Part shown: positions 33,275-38,205 of the stretch, piece after piece
Position numbering within the stretch: position 1 is the stretch's first letter
Layout: each line of letters starts with the position of its first letter
Source of the DNA: Gemmatimonadales bacterium
Lineage (GTDB): Bacteria; Gemmatimonadota; Gemmatimonadetes; Gemmatimonadales; GWC2-71-9
NCBI GenBank assembly: GCA_036769285.1
Contig: DAIPLK010000007.1
Span: 1-38,205 of the forward strand
Reading direction: 5' to 3'
Length of the DNA: 38,205 nucleotides
Notes under the pieces: generated by a model
The model's database searches: none
What the model saw: the letters and a program-made list of their open reading frames with translations, nothing else
Told to the model about the DNA's origin: nothing
Program-made: the position numbers and the translations under genes

Positions 33275-34104
33275 GGGCGCATGGCCGCCACCGCCCACCA
33301 GCCGTCGTCCACCACTTCGTCACGCACGGTGAGGCCGGCGGCGGCGAGCAGCGGCCGGAAGATCGCGGCCTCCAGCTCCTCCATGCCCGAGAAGATGGCC
33401 AGCCCGCCAGGCCGAAGCGCCACCACGATCTGTGGAAGCAGCGCCGTATTGACGGTGCGAAGGATATTGGAGAGGAGCAGATCGGCGGGGCCGAGCAGCG
33501 GTCCGAGGTCGCCCGCATCGCCCTCGAGAAACTCGACGGCGTTCACGACGCCGTTCCGCGCCGCGTTGCGCCGGGCGACCAGGTTTGCCTCCGGGTCATT
33601 CTCGATCCCGACCGCGCTGGCCGCACCGAGCCTGGCCGCAGCGATGGCGAGGATGCCACTGCCGCTCCCCAGGTCGAGCACGCGATCGCCGGGCCGCAGA
33701 TGGCGCTCGAGCAGCGTCAGCGCCGCACGGGTGGAGCCATGCTCGCCGCTCCCGAACGCGGTCTCGGGATCGAGCACTACCGTAGGCTCGTCGGTGCCGT
33801 TCATGAGCGGGACCCACGAGGGCGCTACGGTCAGCCGTCCGAATCGCCGCGGCCCGAGACCCTCCCGCCAGCGAATCGTCCAGTCCACCGCCTCGAGCGG
33901 GCGGCATGATGTCTCGACCGGCGCCTCGCCCGCCGCGGCCAGCGCCGCCACCAGCTCATGAGCCGCCCGATTGTCCTCTGCGAAGGCGACAAGGGTGCCG
34001 TCGTCCCGCTCCTCCACGGCCTGCCCCGTCCGGGCCACGAGCCAGGCCCCTACCCATTCGTGGCGGGAGGGATCCGGCCGCACGTCGATCGCCCACCAAG
34101 TCAT
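33271..34104 (-). CDS. prmA: Ribosomal protein L11 methyltransferase
   Basis: Tail of ORF 33271..34227, starting MTWWAIDV (ATGA overlap with the dnaJ stop). Motifs FGSGEHGSTR and LDLGSGSGILAIAAARLGA. Confidence 0.9.
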   Translation of the reverse strand: MTWWAIDVRPDPSRHEWVGAWLVARTGQAVEERDDGTLVAFAEDNRAAHELVAALAAAGEAPVETSCRPLEAVDWTIRWREGLGPRRFGRLTVAPSWVPLMNGTDEPTVVLDPETAFGSGEHGSTRAALTLLERHLRPGDRVLDLGSGSGILAIAAARLGAASAVGIENDPEANLVARRNAARNGVVNAVEFLEGDAGDLGPLLGPADLLLSNILRTVNTALLPQIVVALRPGGLAIFSGMEELEAAIFRPLLAAAGLTVRDEVVDDGWWAVAAMRP

Positions 34105-35234
34105 GCGCCCAGCGCTTCCTTGAGCTTGGACCAGAAGCCCGGCGACCGCTTCGGCGGCTCGCCCTCGAGCTTGGCGAGCTCCTGGAGGAGGCGCTCCTGC
34201 TCGGGGCTCAGCCGCTCGGGAGTCCACACGTGCAGGCGGACGATCAAGTCGCCCTTGGTGTTCTGGCCCAGCACGGGGAGCCCGCGGCCCCGGAGGCGGA
34301 TGATCGTCTCCGGCTGGGTGCCGGGCACCACCCGGATCTGCTCGTGCCCGTAGGGCGTCGGGACCGTCACCTCCGCCCCGAGCGCGACTTGCGAGAACGA
34401 CAGCGGGAGATCGAAGATCAGATCGTCACCCTGGCGTTCGAACCGGTCGTCCTCCTTGATGTCGAGCATGACGAGCAGATCGCCTGCCGGGCCGTTGCGC
34501 GGTCCCGACGCGCCCTGGCCGCGGAGCGTGAGGTAGTTGTTGCCCGAGACGCCGGCCGGGATGTCGACGGCGACCGTCCGGTCGGCCCTGACCCTTCCCT
34601 CGCCACGGCAAACCTCGCAGGCCTCGAGCACCACCACTCCCTCGCCGGCGCAGGTGGGACACGGCGACACGCTCACGAACTGTCCGAACATGCTGCGCGC
34701 GGCCCGGCGGACCTCGCCGCCGCCACCGCAGGTGGAGCAGCTCGTCGGCCTGGTTCCCGCCTTGGCCCCGGTCCCCTCGCATGCAGTGCAGCGGTCCGGC
34801 GCCTTGAATCGCACCGTCTTCTTGACTCCCGCGGCCACCTCGGCCAGCGTCAGCTTGACCGTGACCCGCACATCCTGCCCCCGCCGCGCATCCGCCCGCG
34901 CGCGCCCACCGCCGAACAGCGACTCGAAGCCGCCCATGCCGCCGAAGTCGCGCATGAAGATGTTGAGCGCCTCGGTGAGGTCCACGTGGTGGAACCCGAA
35001 GCCCCCGCCGGCGGCGGCGCCCACGCCCGCCTTGCCGTAGCGGTCGTACGCCGCGCGCTTCTGCGGATCGCGGAGGACCTCATACGCCTCGGTGATCTCC
35101 TTGAACCTGGCCTCCGCCTCGGGCGCGGGATTCCGGTCCGGGTGGAATTCCATGGCCAACTTGCGGTAGGCCTTCTTGATATCGGACTCGGTCGCGTCGC
35201 GCGATACGCCGAGCAGAGCGTAGAACTCGGTCAC
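34101..35234 (-). CDS. dnaJ: Molecular chaperone DnaJ
   Basis: J domain with HPDRNP, a G-rich linker and four CxxCxGxG zinc motifs. The GTG overlaps the hrcA stop (GTGA). Confidence 0.95.
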   Translation of the reverse strand: MTEFYALLGVSRDATESDIKKAYRKLAMEFHPDRNPAPEAEARFKEITEAYEVLRDPQKRAAYDRYGKAGVGAAAGGGFGFHHVDLTEALNIFMRDFGGMGGFESLFGGGRARADARRGQDVRVTVKLTLAEVAAGVKKTVRFKAPDRCTACEGTGAKAGTRPTSCSTCGGGGEVRRAARSMFGQFVSVSPCPTCAGEGVVVLEACEVCRGEGRVRADRTVAVDIPAGVSGNNYLTLRGQGASGPRNGPAGDLLVMLDIKEDDRFERQGDDLIFDLPLSFSQVALGAEVTVPTPYGHEQIRVVPGTQPETIIRLRGRGLPVLGQNTKGDLIVRLHVWTPERLSPEQERLLQELAKLEGEPPKRSPGFWSKLKEALGA

Positions 35235-36268
35235 TCGAGGAGATCCTCCACCAGTCGGCTGGTGTGCTCCACCAGTCCGATGATCTTGTCGTACGGCATG
35301 CGCGTCGGGCCCATGACCCCGATGACGCCCTTGAGGTCGTCGACCTCGTACGACGCAGTGACGAGCGTGAAGCCGGTCAGCCGGGCGTCCGGGTTCTCGG
35401 CCCCGATCGTGATCGAGAGCCCCGTCTGCCGTCGGGAAGCCAGCGCCCGTTTCAGCAAGTCGCGTCCCTCGGTCAGCCGGAGGAGGTCGCGCATCCGGGC
35501 ATTCGATGCAAACTCGGGCTGCTCGGCCAGCATCTGCGCGCTTCCCAGCACGACCGCATTCGGCTCGTCCGAGAGATCGAAGATCCCCTCGGCCTCGGCG
35601 ATGAAGATGTTGAGCAGCTCCCGCCCGCGGTCGGCCGCACCGGCGTCACGCAGGCGCTCGGGCAGCGTCGCCCGGATCTGCTGCAGCGTATGCCCGGCCA
35701 GCCGCTCGTTGAGGATGTGGGCGACGTCGTGCACCGTCTCCGCGCTGACCCGGCCCGGCACCTCCACGAAGATCGTGCGAACCACGCCGCTCCGCAGGTT
35801 GAAGACGAGGAGCAGGCGCTCGGCACTGACGGGCACGAGCTCGAGCCGCTCGAGCACCATCTCGTCGAGCGCCGGCGCCACCGCCATGCCGAGCTCCTGG
35901 GTCAGCACGCCGAGGACCTGGGCGGCGCGCCGCAGAATCTCGTCCACCGCATTCCGGGAGCCGAGCAGCTCGGCTTGCAGGGCGTGCCGCGCGGCATGGC
36001 TCGGCGGCGAGAGCCGCATGATCTCATTCACGTAGACCCGGTACGCGCGGTCAGTCGGAATCCGGCCCGCCGAGGGGTGGGGGTGGAACAGGTAGCCCTT
36101 GTCTTCCAGCTCGCTCATGGTGTTGCGGATCGTGGCCGCCGAGACGCCCAATCCAAACCGGCGGGCGATGGTCTGGCTCCCCGCGGGCTCCGCCGTCTCG
36201 ATGTAGGTCTGAACGACCGCCTCGAGCACCCGGAGCTCTCGTTCGCTCAGCTGGTCGGCAATGGGCAT
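35231..36268 (-). CDS. hrcA: Heat-inducible transcriptional repressor HrcA
   Basis: 345-aa ORF: LSERELRVLEAVVQTYIETAEPAGSQTIA...SAATIRNTMSELEDKGYL..PH.SAGRIPT. Confidence 0.93.
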   Translation of the reverse strand: MPIADQLSERELRVLEAVVQTYIETAEPAGSQTIARRFGLGVSAATIRNTMSELEDKGYLFHPHPSAGRIPTDRAYRVYVNEIMRLSPPSHAARHALQAELLGSRNAVDEILRRAAQVLGVLTQELGMAVAPALDEMVLERLELVPVSAERLLLVFNLRSGVVRTIFVEVPGRVSAETVHDVAHILNERLAGHTLQQIRATLPERLRDAGAADRGRELLNIFIAEAEGIFDLSDEPNAVVLGSAQMLAEQPEFASNARMRDLLRLTEGRDLLKRALASRRQTGLSITIGAENPDARLTGFTLVTASYEVDDLKGVIGVMGPTRMPYDKIIGLVEHTSRLVEDLLE

Positions 36269-36286
36269 AGCTTGGAAATCTATTGA

Positions 36287-37393
36287 CTACGCCGTGGTGG
36301 ACGCCACCAGCGCGTCCAGCCGCAACCACCCCTCGGCCGTCAGCCGTACGCGCCCAGCGGGGGTAATCCGACCCCACCCGGCCTCGGTCCAGGCCGCCAC
36401 CGTCTCCGGCGGGAGGCGCCCGGCGGGCAGTCCGTCGCTCGTCCTGAGCCCGAGGTAGATCTCCTCCAGCCCCACCGACTCGTCCGACAGCTCCTCCCCA
36501 CCAGCAACCACGCTCCGTCTCTCGACGATGGCGCGCTCGTAGGCGGACCAGTCGCGCAGGTTCCACCTCCGCCAGCGAGCGGCTCCGCTGTGGGCGGAGG
36601 GACCAAGGCCGATGAACGGCATGCGGCGCCAGTAGGCGCTGTTGTGCCTTGCCCGCCGGCCTGGCCGCGCGGCGTTGGACACCTCATAGTGCTCGAAGCC
36701 GTGACGCGCGAGCCCGCAGTCGGCCGCCAGGAACTCGGCGGCATACCGCTCCTCGTCCACCGGGGTCACCTCGCCGCGCTCCGCCCACCGGCCAAGCGGC
36801 GTGTGCGCTTCGACGGTCAGCCCATAGAGCGACAGGTGGTCGGGCTCGAGCAAGAAGGCGCGTTCCAGGTCGCGGTCCCAGTCGCGGTTGAGCGCGGCCG
36901 GCAGCCCGAAGATGAGATCGAGGGAGACGTCGCCGATGCCCGCCGCTCGGATCGCCGCCACCGCGGGCGCCACCTGCTCCACGGTGTGCGTCCGGTGCAT
37001 CCATCGAAGCACCGCGGGATCGAACGACTGCACGCCGAGCGACACGCGGCTCACCCCTGCGGCCCGCCACGCGGCGGCCGCCGCCGGGGTCACATCCTCC
37101 GGATTGGCCTCGAGCGTGATCTCTGCTCCCGGCGCCACCGGCCGGGCCGACGCGATCCCCTCGAGCAGCTCCGTGATGCCTGCGGGATCGAGCCGCGACG
37201 GCGTCCCGCCACCAAGGTACACCGTCCGCACCTCGCTGGACTCCGCCCACACGGGGTGTTCCTGCCAGGCCGCCCACTCCTGAAGGACGGCGGCAACGAA
37301 CCGCCGCGACGGCACGTCCTGCCGGACCGCGATCGCGAAATCACAATAGCTGCACCGTCGGGCACAGAACGGGATATGGACGTAGATGTGCAC
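36287..37393 (-). CDS. hemW: Radical SAM heme chaperone HemW (HemN-like, oxygen-independent coproporphyrinogen oxidase family)
   Basis: Tail of ORF 36287..37744. GTG at 37393 gives (M)HIYVHIPFCARRCSYCDF (CxxxCxxC), followed by GGGTPS. Sits in the conserved hemW-hrcA synteny. Confidence 0.88.
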   Translation of the reverse strand: MHIYVHIPFCARRCSYCDFAIAVRQDVPSRRFVAAVLQEWAAWQEHPVWAESSEVRTVYLGGGTPSRLDPAGITELLEGIASARPVAPGAEITLEANPEDVTPAAAAAWRAAGVSRVSLGVQSFDPAVLRWMHRTHTVEQVAPAVAAIRAAGIGDVSLDLIFGLPAALNRDWDRDLERAFLLEPDHLSLYGLTVEAHTPLGRWAERGEVTPVDEERYAAEFLAADCGLARHGFEHYEVSNAARPGRRARHNSAYWRRMPFIGLGPSAHSGAARWRRWNLRDWSAYERAIVERRSVVAGGEELSDESVGLEEIYLGLRTSDGLPAGRLPPETVAAWTEAGWGRITPAGRVRLTAEGWLRLDALVASTTA

Positions 37394-37434
37394 ACCGGAA
37401 TATGCACCGCTCGGCCCTCCTCGCGTTGGCGCGA

Positions 37435-38205
37435 TCAGCAGCGGCGGAACATCCGGCCCGGCTGCTGCTCGACGAGGCCATGCAGCTCGAGCGCGCAGAG
37501 CAGCGCGAGAAGATGCCCCACGGGGCGATCCGCACGCTCGACCAGGCTGTCGAAGTGCGCCGGCTCGAAGGCCAGAAGCTCGACCAGGCGGCGCTCTTCC
37601 GCGGTGAGTGAGTCGGGGAGGGGCCGGACGGATGAGCCCGGGCTGGATGGCTGCTCGGGTACGAGCACTACCTCCGGATAATGTTGGAAGAGGTCGGCGG
37701 GTTCGAGGTACGGCGTGGCTCCGTCGCGGACGAGACGGTTGCACCCGGTCGAGACCGGGCTGGTGATCGGACCCGGTACGGCCATGACCTCCCTGCCCTG
37801 GTCGAGTGCGGTCCCGGCGGTGATGAGCGCGCCAGAGCCACCCGCCGCCTCGACCACGACGGTAACGCGGGCGAGGCCGCTGATCAGGCGGTTCCGGCGC
37901 GGGAAGCTGCCGGCATGGGGGCGCTCGCCGGGTGGAAACTCGGTGAGCAGCAATCCCCGCGCCGCCACCCGATCGTACAGCGCGCGGTTGGCGGCCGGGT
38001 AGACGACGCCGATGCCGTTGCCGAGCACGCCGATGGTGGTGCCGCCCGCGTCGAGCGCCGCCGCATGGGCCACCGCGTCGAGCCCGCGTGCCATTCCGCT
38101 CACTACTACGATGCCGGCGCGCCCCGCCTGCGTGGCAAGCGTCCGTCCGACCGTCTCGCCGTACGCGGTGTGGTCGCGGCTGCCCACGATGGCAAGCGCG
38201 GGACG
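37435..38205 (-). CDS. dprA: DNA-processing protein DprA (5' end outside the window)
   Basis: Motifs VSGMARGLDAVAHAAAL, FPRRNRLISGL and a C-terminal winged-helix (DprA_WH). The reading frame stays open to the window edge. Confidence 0.88.
   Translation of the reverse strand, partial: RPALAIVGSRDHTAYGETVGRTLATQAGRAGIVVVSGMARGLDAVAHAAALDAGGTTIGVLGNGIGVVYPAANRALYDRVAARGLLLTEFPPGERPHAGSFPRRNRLISGLARVTVVVEAAGGSGALITAGTALDQGREVMAVPGPITSPVSTGCNRLVRDGATPYLEPADLFQHYPEVVLVPEQPSSPGSSVRPLPDSLTAEERRLVELLAFEPAHFDSLVERADRPVGHLLALLCALELHGLVEQQPGRMFRRC

Noticed and set aside
31763-33961. 732-aa plus-strand ORF as a real large protein.
   Set aside because: Only the first ~90 codons (the GIY-YIG core) look like protein. 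The remainder is antisense to HIT, rsmE and prmA and is low-complexity. I interpret it as loss of the stop codon or a frameshift in a decayed gene.
36269-37434. CIRCE (HrcA operator) upstream of hrcA or hemW.
   Set aside because: I looked for TTAGCACTC/GAGTGCTAA half-sites in both spacers and found none. The only TTAGCAC string (about 32451) lies inside the HIT coding region without a partner half-site.

Overview
38.2-kb, roughly 70% GC bacterial chromosomal segment. I cannot assign the phylum from sequence alone. RNase Y, Rex, HrcA, MutS2 and Firmicutes-like synteny in a high-GC background suggest a Gemmatimonadota- or Acidobacteriota-like lineage, which is a guess. The window is essentially one co-directional minus-strand array of about 39 housekeeping genes, in transcription order: dprA(partial)-hemW-hrcA-dnaJ-prmA-rsmE-HIT | rpsU-yqeY-mutS2-dnaG-Zn ribbon-recJ | rsmD-coaD-pta-STAS-RsbW-RsbU-rsmA | rex-D-aminoacylase-arcA-exonuclease-MBL | infC-rpmI-rplT-pheS-pheT-coiled coil-zapA-rny-folD | xseA-xseB | ispA | dxs-nadK. 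Many neighbours overlap by 4 nt (ATGA/GTGA). No rRNA, tRNA or CRISPR was seen. Most long plus-strand ORFs, and the 5' extensions of many minus-strand ORFs in the track, are high-GC shadow ORFs. The most unusual signal is a family of about 70-bp palindromic intergenic elements with core GTCAYCCTGAGCGAAGCGAAGG, present in five hairpin copies. A sixth instance has the same arms split about 260 bp apart around a decayed GIY-YIG nuclease gene, the only plus-strand coding signal, which looks like an autonomous-element/MITE relationship. Other notable points: a perfect Rex operator 12 nt upstream of rex; an orphan STAS/RsbW/GAF-PP2C partner-switching module with no sigma factor; a translationally coupled arcA / HARE-HTH-like DnaQ exonuclease / lactonase-like MBL trio; a terminator-containing leader and probable CUG start for infC; and a slip-pairing tandem 9-mer hairpin in front of rpmI. 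All homology calls are by eye from motifs, with no searches run.
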